Below are positions 39,860-49,909 of a DNA stretch of 64,000 nucleotides, in pieces. The notes beneath the pieces were generated by a model. The model worked only from the letters and a program-made list of their open reading frames with translations. It was not told the origin of the DNA and made no database searches. Location: NCBI GenBank assembly GCA_943788985.1, contig CALSSJ010000010.1, forward strand, positions 128,001 through 192,000. Direction: 5' to 3'. This DNA is from an uncultured Lentisphaerales bacterium (GTDB lineage Bacteria > Verrucomicrobiota > Lentisphaeria > JABSQK01 > UBA12247). How positions within the stretch are numbered: the first letter of the stretch is position 1; each line of letters begins with the position of its first letter. The position numbers and the translations under genes were made by a program.

Positions 39860-41181
39860 AGGACTTGCCGTTTTTTGATATCCATATAGCTGCTCACCAG
39901 ATCTGTACAGGTGTCGGTCGCCGACAATGTCTGCAAATTTACGCCCACGGCCCTCAGCTTGACTTTGAGCTCTTGGATTTGCTGCCAGCGCAGGTGCGCG
40001 CTGAGCTCTTCATAGACAGCGGCTGCAGAAGTCACCTTTTCATTTTCAAATAGCGCCTGGGAGAAGTTGGGCGAGACCACGCAGGTGACGACCAGATGCT
40101 GCCGATTCAACAGGCCGATGCTCTCGTAGTAGCTCTCGGCCAGCACCGGGTCATCCAGGCAGGTCAGGACCAACAGCAGCGCCCGGCGTCGCAAACGCAG
40201 GCGAATAAAGGACGCCATCTCGCCAAAGTCGGGCGAGACATGGCTGGCCTTGGCATCGTACAGCGACTCGCGACAAGTCAGGAAGTGGCCATGCCCGCCA
40301 CTGGCTCGCAGGAAGCGGTGTACGCGATCGCTAAAGGTCATCAAGCCCAGCATGTCCCCGGTACGCTCGGTCACCATGGCCAGCGCCAAGGCAGCATTGA
40401 CGTAGCGCTCGAGAATCGGTTCGTCCGAATCAGAGCAGGGCCGGGACAGTAGGCGTGAGGTGTCCATGAGCACGTAGATTTCTTGGGTGCGCTCCACCTG
40501 AAAAATCTTGGTGATCGGGTAGCCGCGTTTTGCCGTTCCCTTCCAATGGATCTCATCATAGCTGTCACCGGGACTGTACTCGCGAAGCTGTTCGAACTCG
40601 CGGCCTTGGCCGACGTGGCGTTGCAGCTTCTGGCCGAAGCCACTCCGGCGCATGAAGGTGGCCGCGATTTGCTTGCGATCCTGGCGCAGATTCGGGTATA
40701 CACGGATCGTCCCTTCCGCCTCAAGCGTTCGGCGCAGCTCCCATAGGCCCAACGGGGAACGATGTTCGCAGACCACGCCCTTTGCGGCAAAATCACCGCG
40801 CTCGCCGCAGCGAACGCGCCAGGCCACCCGGGCCGCACTGGCAGCAGGGAGCGTGGTGCGCTGGACCAACGGCTGTGCCTGACAGGCAGGATCCACGAGC
40901 AATCCCAACCGGACAGAGTGGGCGTTCGGATTCTCGTGCTGCACGGTCACATAAAGCTCGTCTTCCACATCCCGAATCAGCCGCATCTTATCGGCGAACG
41001 ATGCCGTCGGCACCGGCTGGTTCGCCCCCATGGCCACATCGACCACCATCAGCAGCACAAACGCTACCAAAATCAACGAGGCCAAGCCAGCAGTATCCGC
41101 GCCACTTGTGGCCCAGCCCAGCATAGGCACGAACACAAGGGAGGCCCAGAACAGCAGGCGCATGGAAGGAACGATTCGCAT
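39856..41181 (-). CDS. DUF58 (vWA-like) protein
   Basis: RVYPN, GREFEQLREYSPGD, IHWKGTAKR and MDTSRL. Confidence 0.92.
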   Translation of the reverse strand: MRIVPSMRLLFWASLVFVPMLGWATSGADTAGLASLILVAFVLLMVVDVAMGANQPVPTASFADKMRLIRDVEDELYVTVQHENPNAHSVRLGLLVDPACQAQPLVQRTTLPAASAARVAWRVRCGERGDFAAKGVVCEHRSPLGLWELRRTLEAEGTIRVYPNLRQDRKQIAATFMRRSGFGQKLQRHVGQGREFEQLREYSPGDSYDEIHWKGTAKRGYPITKIFQVERTQEIYVLMDTSRLLSRPCSDSDEPILERYVNAALALAMVTERTGDMLGLMTFSDRVHRFLRASGGHGHFLTCRESLYDAKASHVSPDFGEMASFIRLRLRRRALLLVLTCLDDPVLAESYYESIGLLNRQHLVVTCVVSPNFSQALFENEKVTSAAAVYEELSAHLRWQQIQELKVKLRAVGVNLQTLSATDTCTDLVSSYMDIKKRQVL

Positions 41182-41190
41182 AGATTCCGC

Positions 41191-42141
41191 TCAGCGCGGG
41201 ACGGTGACCACTTGGAGGACACGTTGCAGCACATCAGCCACGGAGATGCCTTCCAGTTCAAACTCCGGCCGCAGCAGCACGCGATGGCCCAGTACATCCA
41301 CCGCCAAGTCCTTGATGTCATCGGGGGTGACGAAGTCCCGTCCCCCGATTGCCGCCGAAGCCCGAGCCGCCAGCAGCAAGCCCTGCGTGGCCCGCGGACC
41401 AGCGCCCACCAACACGGATTCGTGGGATCGGGTCGCCCGCACAATGTTGACCACATACTGCACCAACTCATCCCGTACCGTGATGTCATTCAGACCCCGC
41501 CTGGCGGCAATGAGGCTCTCCTCGGTCAGTACCGCCTGCACATCTCCCAGCCGGGATTCAGGCGGGTCGCCCAGCATTGAGCGCGCCAGTGTCAGCTCGT
41601 CATCGGCATCCGGATAGTCCATGTTCACCTTCACTAGGAAGCGATCCTTTTGCGCTTCGGGCAGTGGGTACGTACCCTCGTATTCCACGGGATTCTGGGT
41701 GGCGAAGACCGTGAAATTCTCCCCGAGTTTGTAGGTCGTGCGGTCGATGGTGACTTCGCGCTCTTGCATGGCCTGCAACAGCGCTGCCTGGGTCTTGGCG
41801 GGCGCGCGGTTGATCTCATCGGCCAGCAGGAAGGTCGTAAAGACTGGGCCTTGGACCAAGGTAAACGCGTTCTCTTTGAGGTTGAACACGTTTGTTCCGG
41901 TGATATCTGCTGGCATCAGATCTGGCGTAAACTGGATGCGGCCAAAGGCACAGCCCATGACATGCGCCAGAGTCCGCACCAGGAGCGTCTTGGCGACGCC
42001 CGGTACGCCTTCCAGCAACGCGTGGTTCCGTGTCAGAATGACAGCCAGCGTGCGGTCCACGATCGCATCTTGGCCAATGATTACCTTGCCAACTTCCTCG
42101 CGAACGCGAGCGACCAGGTCGGGTAGTGGCGTTGTCTCCAT
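41191..42141 (-). CDS. MoxR family AAA+ ATPase
   Basis: EGVPGVAKT, RIQFTPDLMPAD, LLADEINR and ATQNPVEYEGTYPLPEAQKDRF. Confidence 0.97.
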   Translation of the reverse strand: METTPLPDLVARVREEVGKVIIGQDAIVDRTLAVILTRNHALLEGVPGVAKTLLVRTLAHVMGCAFGRIQFTPDLMPADITGTNVFNLKENAFTLVQGPVFTTFLLADEINRAPAKTQAALLQAMQEREVTIDRTTYKLGENFTVFATQNPVEYEGTYPLPEAQKDRFLVKVNMDYPDADDELTLARSMLGDPPESRLGDVQAVLTEESLIAARRGLNDITVRDELVQYVVNIVRATRSHESVLVGAGPRATQGLLLAARASAAIGGRDFVTPDDIKDLAVDVLGHRVLLRPEFELEGISVADVLQRVLQVVTVPR

Positions 42142-42143
42142 GA

Positions 42144-43355
42144 TCAGTCCTTCCCGGCCATCAGCCGGCAGATGGTTTTGTAACGTTGTAGAATCTCAGT
42201 GTGCAACTCTTTCGCTGGCAACTCGTCTTGACACAGGCGCTTGATGCGTGTGGCGCGCTCCTTCGGCACCTGACGTGAGCTGCGTAGCGTGCGTTGCCAG
42301 GCGTCATGGCAGGTCTGCAGCAGGTCGCGAGGGCGAATGTTCTGGCGCAGTAAGGCGGTTAGCCCATCCATTCGCGGGCCCCGCACCAAGCTGTCTGCCG
42401 GGAGTTCGTCTGGCGGCAAGAACGCAGCGGATGCCCGCCAGATGTAAAGCAGAACCACCAGCAGCAGGCCGATTGCAAACCCATGCATGCGGTACTGCCG
42501 CGCCAGCCCAACGACACCGAGCTGCGTGGTCACCCCGAGGCGGCTTTCGTCGAAAATCACGGTGGCTTTATCACGGACCAGCCAGAGTATGGCGTCGCTG
42601 GAGCGATCCTTGGCCAGCGATTCGTTACTGAGCCAGTACGAGTCGGCACAGGCCACGATGGAGCCGCGGCCAAAGCTCCGCTCTGCCATCCAGACCGCTC
42701 CTGCGGAGTCGGTAACAAGCGGGGTCCAGGCTTCATCCTCCAATTGCAGCGCCAGTTCGGCTCGCCAGCTTGGCGGCGTTTGCAGACCTCTAGCAGCGGG
42801 GGTGCACGCGGGGCCGACCGCCCTGTGGGAAACGAGGACCAGCCCCCAGTCATGGTACAAGGGGTTGGGCGGCTCTTCTTCTTGTTTTTCTGCGGCGTCG
42901 TCGCTTTCCTTTTTCCTCGCAGGCCAGGGAAGCACGCGGGAGGGCTCTTCAGTTTCCTTCGTCTCTTCCTCCGCTTCCTCGGGATCGACCATGTAGGACG
43001 AGACCTCCCCAAAGCAGACTAGCACGCGGTTCCCATCTGTCGCTAGACGTTGGAGCTCTGTCAGCGGGAGCGTTTCAGAGAAGATAGCCCAGCTCTGGCC
43101 GGTCCCCGCCAGCACCACCAAGCTGTCCTTGGGCTCGAGCATGTACAACGGCCGGATCCAGCGCTTGGCCTCCACCTCTGGCATCGCTTCATAGGCACGA
43201 TACAGCACCTTAGTCCCCAGCGGGTCGCTGCGCAGCGACGAGTACTTCGCGTATTGCGAGGCACCGAGGTTGATCGCCAGCAGGCGCCAGCACACCGCGC
43301 CCAGACCCACCAACAGGACCAACGAGATCAACATAATCGGCCAGTGCTTACGCAT
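42144..43355 (-). CDS. DUF4350-like membrane-anchored protein
   Basis: N-terminal TM, YSSLRSDPLGTKVL, GRGSIV, LSNESL, IFDE and a C-terminal TM. Operon context. Confidence 0.75.
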   Translation of the reverse strand: MRKHWPIMLISLVLLVGLGAVCWRLLAINLGASQYAKYSSLRSDPLGTKVLYRAYEAMPEVEAKRWIRPLYMLEPKDSLVVLAGTGQSWAIFSETLPLTELQRLATDGNRVLVCFGEVSSYMVDPEEAEEETKETEEPSRVLPWPARKKESDDAAEKQEEEPPNPLYHDWGLVLVSHRAVGPACTPAARGLQTPPSWRAELALQLEDEAWTPLVTDSAGAVWMAERSFGRGSIVACADSYWLSNESLAKDRSSDAILWLVRDKATVIFDESRLGVTTQLGVVGLARQYRMHGFAIGLLLVVLLYIWRASAAFLPPDELPADSLVRGPRMDGLTALLRQNIRPRDLLQTCHDAWQRTLRSSRQVPKERATRIKRLCQDELPAKELHTEILQRYKTICRLMAGKD

Positions 43356-45069
43356 CCGAAAGAATCTCCTCTGTGGTCTCGCGAAACTGCCGGTAGCGTT
43401 CTTCTGTCGCCTCTGTGGTTCCATACCAGATCGTCTCGAAGCTGCGGCGACCGTCCTGGAAATTCTGCAGCAACTCAGGGAGCGCGTGCCCGCGGCGAGT
43501 CAGCTCACGCTCATAGTCCGCGTTGGACTTGAAGCGGGCGACGTGCACCAAGTGGCGGTCGCTCAAATGCGCAATCGACGCCAGAAAGAGCGCGCGGATT
43601 GCCAGCCGATGATCACCACCATCGGCCATCTCGCGGGCCATTGTCATCCAGGCGGACTCAGGAAGTGCCCCGGCGTCTACATTCTCATCCGCGAGGTCCG
43701 GCGCCACCACCACTGGCTCAGCTTCAGTCTCGATCTCTGGAATACGCCGTCGCCAAGCACGAATCATCATGATTGTCAGGTAGATCAGCAATGCTGTCAC
43801 CACGAACAGTAACAGGCGGGTCACCGTCGATTCCCAGGCAATGCCCTCCTTGCCCGAATTCGCCGCACGAGGCTCAGGTCGGAACTTCTCCAGCCACCTC
43901 ATAAACTTTTCATACAGCTCCCGAAGCGACTCCAAAAACTGCTCGTACGGGCCGAGCAGGTCGCCAGCGAGTTCGTCGTCGATCTCGAGCGGATCTCGTG
44001 GCATGCGCCAAGCAAATTCGCGCTCGCTTAGAATTTGGTCTACAGAGCGGTCGAACTCCGGCTGTGACGTGTTGCCGTACGACGTCTGCACGAGCAAGAC
44101 CAGCAGCGCCACCGTGAACACCTTGCGCCAGCGCAGCTTTAGGTCTGCCCCGCTGGTGCGTGAGGCCCCCGCGAAACAGCGAAGCACGTAAAAGGACTTC
44201 ATGATCGGGTCCAGCAAAAAGTACGTAACGCAGGTCACGATCAGCAGAAACGTCGGGCTGGTCATCACCCGACCCGGAGCCATCGTCATCATGGTCTCGA
44301 TGCCCAGACAGATGCGCAGCAAATAGGGAAGGGCCATCAGAAATACCGCGATATTCGCCGCCACGAGCAGCGGCACAGGTGCCATCAGCGCCACCAGAAT
44401 CGCGATGATCATGTACAGCCAGCCGATGCCACCCAGTACGGTACTATCGACCATTGAACTGCCTGCGCCGAGCGCGCCCGCCACGATGGCCACTGCCCAA
44501 ATCATGGCCGGACTCGCCAGCCAGATTGCCAGATGATTTTCCTTTGGCGCCAGCTTGGCCAGCTCCCATGACTCACGGACCAACCGTCGTAGCGTCTGGT
44601 CTGGTTGCTCCCGCGCCGTTAGGTTCTGGTAGAACGCGTAGCACCAGCCAAAGGGCAGGGCCACCACAGCCGCGAGCGGCAGGATGATGATCCCGCTGGC
44701 CTGCAGGACCGCCTGCCGGCAGACCATGTGAAAGATCGTAGCAGGTGTCCACGCGGGGACTTCGTCTCCCAACAGCCGCCGCAGGTGCGTCGTGTAGCCA
44801 GCTTGGCAGGCTTTCATCCAGACGAACGTCAGGCTCAGGAATAGGGAGAATAGAATGCAGGATTCACGCGCCGCGTGACTGAACCGCATATCGCCCCAGA
44901 ATAGGACCAGCGCCGTCCAGAACGGAACGCTCCCGACCAAGTACCAGCCCACCGCGCCAGCAGATCCGCGCGCCAGCCAAGCCGCAGCTTCCATCTCCTT
45001 GAGCGGCAACATCGAGCGGGGCGATCCGGCACCTTTCTTGCGCTTGCGTTTATCTGTCGCTGCTGTCAT
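43348..45069 (-). CDS. Polytopic membrane protein with C-terminal DUF4129-like domain
   Basis: Multiple TMs, ILSEREF, AIRALFLA, KSNADY and FETIWYG. Confidence 0.75.
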   Translation of the reverse strand: MTAATDKRKRKKGAGSPRSMLPLKEMEAAAWLARGSAGAVGWYLVGSVPFWTALVLFWGDMRFSHAARESCILFSLFLSLTFVWMKACQAGYTTHLRRLLGDEVPAWTPATIFHMVCRQAVLQASGIIILPLAAVVALPFGWCYAFYQNLTAREQPDQTLRRLVRESWELAKLAPKENHLAIWLASPAMIWAVAIVAGALGAGSSMVDSTVLGGIGWLYMIIAILVALMAPVPLLVAANIAVFLMALPYLLRICLGIETMMTMAPGRVMTSPTFLLIVTCVTYFLLDPIMKSFYVLRCFAGASRTSGADLKLRWRKVFTVALLVLLVQTSYGNTSQPEFDRSVDQILSEREFAWRMPRDPLEIDDELAGDLLGPYEQFLESLRELYEKFMRWLEKFRPEPRAANSGKEGIAWESTVTRLLLFVVTALLIYLTIMMIRAWRRRIPEIETEAEPVVVAPDLADENVDAGALPESAWMTMAREMADGGDHRLAIRALFLASIAHLSDRHLVHVARFKSNADYERELTRRGHALPELLQNFQDGRRSFETIWYGTTEATEERYRQFRETTEEILSDA

Positions 45070-45353
45070 TCCATGTGCCAAGAAGATGGGATAGCCAGGA
45101 GCCCGCGCCCCACCAGATAGGTCACGCACCAGATCAATGCCACCCCCAGCACCAACGCCAGCAGACTGACGATCACAGAATTTCTCTTTTCCTGCTCAGC
45201 GCCCTCGGTTGTGGTGCGAAAGCAGGACGCACAGATGACCTTATTCTCATGCTCGGTGACGCACTCTCGGCAAAAGTAGTCGGTGCATTCTGGACAACGC
45301 GCCACCGCCTCGCGGGCAGCGTGGTTGAAACACCGGGACAGTGAGATTCCCAT
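45066..45353 (-). CDS. Small B-box-like zinc-finger membrane protein
   Basis: CFNH-x8-CPEC-x4-CREC-x3-H-x5-CASC plus one TM. Confidence 0.75.
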   Translation of the reverse strand: MGISLSRCFNHAAREAVARCPECTDYFCRECVTEHENKVICASCFRTTTEGAEQEKRNSVIVSLLALVLGVALIWCVTYLVGRGLLAIPSSWHME

Positions 45354-45361
45354 TGCGCGGT

Positions 45362-46324
45362 TCAGCCCTCCGGCTGCGAAAGTTCAAGCTCGCGATTGCG
45401 CTTCGCCTCTGTGCTCACCGCACCCAGCCCAACGCCGGCCATACCGCCCCAGATCGCGCCCAGAATCAAGTAGCAGATCATGGTAGGAACACTCTCCAAC
45501 GGCTGCTGATTCGCATAGAATTCGAACGCCTGGTACGACGTATTGGCAAACGGGTCTGCCTCGAACTCCAGCATGCTCGGGATCGAAATCAGGGCCAGAA
45601 ACAGAAACGACTTCGCCCCGACCGTGATCCACGTCATCCAATTCAAGCCGGATCCCCGCTGGCGCACGCGGTCCCGCACAGCGAAAATCACAGCCCCCGC
45701 GATCCCCAAGTTCACCAGTATGATCAGCGACACCGTCACCGCAGAGGCCAGGGGGATGGATAAAAACACCAGCGTCGCCTCCGCAGCCAGCATGGTATAC
45801 AACCACCGATGCCACTTCAAGGCGACGACCTCGCCCCCAGTCTTCAGCACGGCTGGCGTGTAGCTTTGGGTCATTTCGGCATCCCACGGGCCTTGTGCAG
45901 CATACACTCTCTCCTGCACCAGGCGAATGAGCTTCCTGGCTTTTGGCATGCGGGTGATAGGCACCTCGAGCTGCTGCACCGCTGTCTGCATAGCCACCTT
46001 ACAGCTGCGCCCCAAGTACAGGTGAACAATCAGGATGAACAGCATTGGTAGATTAAAGAATAGTCCAACTGCACCAAGCTCCGACCAGAGAGAAACTGTC
46101 GGGATGCTGAGAAGTACGAGAAAAAACGACCAAATAATAGTCCAAAAAAGATGGTTAGGTGTTGGCCGTACGATGATCGCCTCGATCTCGTTGTACGGAA
46201 ACTTCCGGTAGACTTCGCGAAAGCCGGCCACCTCAATGCGCACCAGATCGTCATCCCCCATATACAGCAGGTAACGATCTGCCAGAGACATCGAGGACTC
46301 GCTTAATTTTTTATACTTTGCCAT
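45362..46324 (-). CDS. Hypothetical membrane protein
   Basis: 320 aa with about six hydrophobic segments. Abuts its neighbours in the operon. Confidence 0.7.
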   Translation of the reverse strand: MAKYKKLSESSMSLADRYLLYMGDDDLVRIEVAGFREVYRKFPYNEIEAIIVRPTPNHLFWTIIWSFFLVLLSIPTVSLWSELGAVGLFFNLPMLFILIVHLYLGRSCKVAMQTAVQQLEVPITRMPKARKLIRLVQERVYAAQGPWDAEMTQSYTPAVLKTGGEVVALKWHRWLYTMLAAEATLVFLSIPLASAVTVSLIILVNLGIAGAVIFAVRDRVRQRGSGLNWMTWITVGAKSFLFLALISIPSMLEFEADPFANTSYQAFEFYANQQPLESVPTMICYLILGAIWGGMAGVGLGAVSTEAKRNRELELSQPEG

Positions 46325-46912
46325 CTACCACCCACCCAGCGCACTCGCCGTGCCAATCCCGAGGATAAACAGACCCCAGAACAGCAACTGTAGGACAGCC
46401 AAAGTCCCTGCCATCCAGCGGCGGCGGGTCCCACCACCACGAATCGGACTTTCTGGGGCTTTCCGAAAATAAATCAGCATGCCTAGCGTCAGCGGGGCCG
46501 TAAACACCGTGATCGGAAACATCAGCAGCGGCAGCGCAGCGGTCAGCATAATCAACTGATCTGCGCAAAAGTGCGAATTCTTCACCTCTTCCAGCTTCCC
46601 TTCACTGCGCCCATAGGACAGACAGTTCGAGCACAAGTGCTCCTCTTCAATCTCCAAGTCGCACAGGCTGCACAAGAAGCGACCGCAGCCATCACAGGCG
46701 ATGTCCGCCCTCTGCGTCTCATGATAAAAGCAGCTTGCCTCGTCCGAGAGCAACTGCTCAGCCTTTGCCCCTTGCCGCAGGTCACGCACCAGTGCTGGGA
46801 AAGGCGTCACCTGTACCTTGGCGCTGCATATCTCGCAGGTAGTCAGTGCGCCGTCCAGTACCCTTAGCGGAAGTGGTCCCTCGCAGCCGAGGCAACGCAG
46901 TTGATGCGGCAT
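46325..46912 (-). CDS. Zinc-ribbon plus B-box-like membrane protein
   Basis: CLGC..CEIC, then CFYH..CDGC..CSLC..CSNC, and C-terminal TMs. Confidence 0.75.
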   Translation of the reverse strand: MPHQLRCLGCEGPLPLRVLDGALTTCEICSAKVQVTPFPALVRDLRQGAKAEQLLSDEASCFYHETQRADIACDGCGRFLCSLCDLEIEEEHLCSNCLSYGRSEGKLEEVKNSHFCADQLIMLTAALPLLMFPITVFTAPLTLGMLIYFRKAPESPIRGGGTRRRWMAGTLAVLQLLFWGLFILGIGTASALGGW

Positions 46913-46925
46913 TCTTCGCGTCGCG

Positions 46926-47660
46926 TCAGATTTTTACGACGCGCGTGTCGCACATGCGGTCATGCCAGCCCCGGCGATACTCATCAAAGAACGCCATCCA
47001 CAGGCCCGCGCCCAACGGCAGCGCCACCAGCACCCTGGCAAAGAAGCGGCCAAAGCCACGCCAAAACGTCAGGGTACTACCGTCCGATCGAACTACCTTT
47101 ACCTTTAACAGTGACTTCCCCGGCGTGGAGCCTGATGTGCTGTAGAAGTAACCTTCATACGAAGCAGACAGCCCATACGACAGCAAGAGCCCGACAACCG
47201 ACGCAATGATGATATTCATGTCGTTGTTCACCAGAATTCTGCCGATCAGCAGCGCCACCACGAACTGAATGGCGGTCGCGGCGACCTGCAGGAGAAAGCC
47301 ATCCACCCACTGTGCGACCAAGCGGCGGCCCATGCTGCCCGGCTCCATATCCGCCGTGCCGATTTCTACGCCCTGACGCAGTTTCTGTAGAAAGACCGGC
47401 TTGCATCCAGCGCACACATGCGAGCCTTCGTAGGCCAGCATCTCATACTCGCCGAAGGACTCACCGCACTCATCACACACCTGGTGAGCTTGGCCAATCG
47501 CGACCGATGCCGTTGCCTGCCCATACGCAGTCCAGTCACTCATCGTGGCGTTCCAAACCAGCGTTTCGGCGGTTACAGTCCCTTCCGCGACGGCCTGTTC
47601 CAGGCCCGCATCATCCAGCGGGCCTTGCCGCTCGCCGTTGTCTTCGAAGTACCATTCCAT
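46926..47660 (-). CDS. GYF_2 + zinc knuckle + RDD protein
   Basis: WYF..QGPL..LVWNATMSDW, CDEC..CAGC, RRLVAQWVDG, TPGK and WHDRMCDTRVV. Confidence 0.88.
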   Translation of the reverse strand: MEWYFEDNGERQGPLDDAGLEQAVAEGTVTAETLVWNATMSDWTAYGQATASVAIGQAHQVCDECGESFGEYEMLAYEGSHVCAGCKPVFLQKLRQGVEIGTADMEPGSMGRRLVAQWVDGFLLQVAATAIQFVVALLIGRILVNNDMNIIIASVVGLLLSYGLSASYEGYFYSTSGSTPGKSLLKVKVVRSDGSTLTFWRGFGRFFARVLVALPLGAGLWMAFFDEYRRGWHDRMCDTRVVKI

Positions 47661-47741
47661 AGTCTTGCCACCTCGCCCAAAGCTGAACGCAAAGAGGTTG
47701 TCAAAAAGTCGATACTAACCGATCCTGCAATGATTGCAAAG

Positions 47742-49838
47742 TCAGTCTTCCCCGACACCCATAATTTTCGCAATTAAAATTGCCGCGTAGAACATCACCA
47801 CCAGCGGGATCGCCAGCATCACTTGGGACACGATGTCCGGGGGAGTCACCAGCGCCGACAGCAGAAATATCCCGACGATCACGTAGCGGGCGCTAGACAG
47901 CAACCAGCTTCGTTTGATCAGGTTGAACGTCATCAGGATCAACAGCACTAGCGGGGCTTGGAACAACACCACAAACGCCAGAATCAGCTGGAACACAAAC
48001 AACACGCTCCGTTTGTAATCCAGGAAATTCTCCACCGACTCAGGCTTGAACTTCAGGAGAAACTCCACAGCCAGCGGCAGCACTTGAAAGTAGGCCAGCC
48101 AGGCACCTAGGATTGCCAGCGTCAGTCCCGCCCACGTATACACCCGCAGAATTCGCTGCTCTCGTTTCTCCAAGGCTGGCGAGACAAACGAAATGATGTT
48201 GTAGATATGAATCGGTGACGAAAAGACCAACGCCACGTAGCCGGCGATTCGAAACTGCAGCATGAAGCCCTGCTCGGGCGAGGTCATGACCACCTTTCCC
48301 AAAGCCAAGTAAAAGAACGGATCCGTGAAGTACTTGACGTAGTACTGGTAGCCTAAAATGGCGATCACGAACAACACCGCTACGGACGCCACCGAGCGAA
48401 GTACCCGTAGGCGGAGCTCGCGTAGATGCTCCATAAACGGCATCTCTCCAATCGTCTGTGTTGCTGCCTGCCCCGTCTCTTCCGGCGGCTCTTCCTTTTC
48501 GATCGGCTCTGTCGGTTCTTCGCTCGCCGGCACCAACCCTTCGAGGCGCATGCCGCGTGATGCCTTAAGCACCACCAGGTCCCCGTCGCGAACCTGCGCC
48601 AGGCCTTTCCGCGCCGCTGCGATGTCCGCAAAACCGTTGATTCCCAGCGATTGCGCCGCCTCACACATACGCGATCCGACCGGCACCAACACCGCGTCCG
48701 GTAGTTCCTTCGCGAGCTTGAGTACCTGCTCGTGGTAGCTCACCTCTTCCGGTCCCAGCTCCAGCATATCGCCCAGAACCAGCACCAGTCGCCCACCCGA
48801 GGGGGCCCTCACTGTGCGCAGCAGCGCGGTCATGCTGTCCGGGTTTGCGTTGTACGCATCATTCAGCCAACGCACGCCAGCCACCACCGTTTCCTGCATC
48901 CGCATTCCTGGAATCTGCACCTCCGCCAGCGCCGCCGCCGATTCCTGCAGGTCCAACCCCAAACTCAAGGCCGCAGCGATCACAGCCGCCGCGTTGCAGG
49001 CCTGATGCGGCCCCGCTAGGTTCCATGCGACCGTCGCGCACTCGCCGTCCGCCACCAGCTCAAATCGTGCGGGCGGTCCCTCTTCATACGCCTGCACCCG
49101 GATGTCCGCGCCCGCTTCCGTGCCGAATGTAACCAATCGTCGGCCCTGCGCTAGAATTGCCGGATTCTTCGCCTCGGCGTACGGCACCACAAGCGCGCCA
49201 TTTTCCTCTAGGCCAGCTGCGATCGTCGCCTTCTCTTTCGCCACACCGGCCACGCTGCCCAAGCGTTCCAGGTGCACCGGCCCAATATTGGTGATGATCG
49301 CCACGGCTGGTGCCGCAACCCGCGACAGCGGCTCGATCTCGCCCGGGCCGCTCGTGCCCATCTCAAGAACCGCAAACGCCTCATCACCCTGCAGGCGCAG
49401 CACATTCTGCGGCACCCCCACGTGATTGTTCGTATTTCCTTCGGTAGCCAGCACCGGGCCCGCCGTGCGCAGCACCGCGGCCATCATTTCCTTGGTGCTG
49501 GTCTTGCCACTGCTTCCCGTGATCCCCACCGTGCGAACTCCGCAACGCTGGCGATGAAATGCGGCCAATGCCTGATAGGCCACTAGCGTATCCGCCACCT
49601 GCAAGGCTGGCACGCCCCAACCTCCGCCACGATCCACGCAGACCGCCGTCGCACCTTCGGCCACGGCCTTAGCGCAGAACTCATGCCCGTCGAAATTCTC
49701 TCCCCGCAACGCGACAAACAAACCGCCGTCCTGGCGTATCCGCGAGTCCGTAGAGACCCCGCTGACGCCATTTCCGCCGTCCGGCACGTGAACCCACACG
49801 CCGCCGGTTGCCTGTTCTAGCTCGTCCCAGGTGAACAT
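47742..49838 (-). CDS. MurF (UDP-MurNAc-pentapeptide synthetase) fused in frame to TatC
   Basis: MurF motifs DSR, GENFDGH, GITGSSGKTSTKE, NDAYNANP, LGDMLELG and KASRG. Acidic linker. TatC motifs EHLRELR, VSPAL, FQAP and ALVTPPD. No stop between the two. Confidence 0.9.
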   Translation of the reverse strand: MFTWDELEQATGGVWVHVPDGGNGVSGVSTDSRIRQDGGLFVALRGENFDGHEFCAKAVAEGATAVCVDRGGGWGVPALQVADTLVAYQALAAFHRQRCGVRTVGITGSSGKTSTKEMMAAVLRTAGPVLATEGNTNNHVGVPQNVLRLQGDEAFAVLEMGTSGPGEIEPLSRVAAPAVAIITNIGPVHLERLGSVAGVAKEKATIAAGLEENGALVVPYAEAKNPAILAQGRRLVTFGTEAGADIRVQAYEEGPPARFELVADGECATVAWNLAGPHQACNAAAVIAAALSLGLDLQESAAALAEVQIPGMRMQETVVAGVRWLNDAYNANPDSMTALLRTVRAPSGGRLVLVLGDMLELGPEEVSYHEQVLKLAKELPDAVLVPVGSRMCEAAQSLGINGFADIAAARKGLAQVRDGDLVVLKASRGMRLEGLVPASEEPTEPIEKEEPPEETGQAATQTIGEMPFMEHLRELRLRVLRSVASVAVLFVIAILGYQYYVKYFTDPFFYLALGKVVMTSPEQGFMLQFRIAGYVALVFSSPIHIYNIISFVSPALEKREQRILRVYTWAGLTLAILGAWLAYFQVLPLAVEFLLKFKPESVENFLDYKRSVLFVFQLILAFVVLFQAPLVLLILMTFNLIKRSWLLSSARYVIVGIFLLSALVTPPDIVSQVMLAIPLVVMFYAAILIAKIMGVGED

Positions 49839-49909
49839 GCCGCCTCCGCAGATTGGAAAACCGGTAACATGTGACGACTCGCCGCAACCACCACCTTTGC
49901 CGTCATTGG

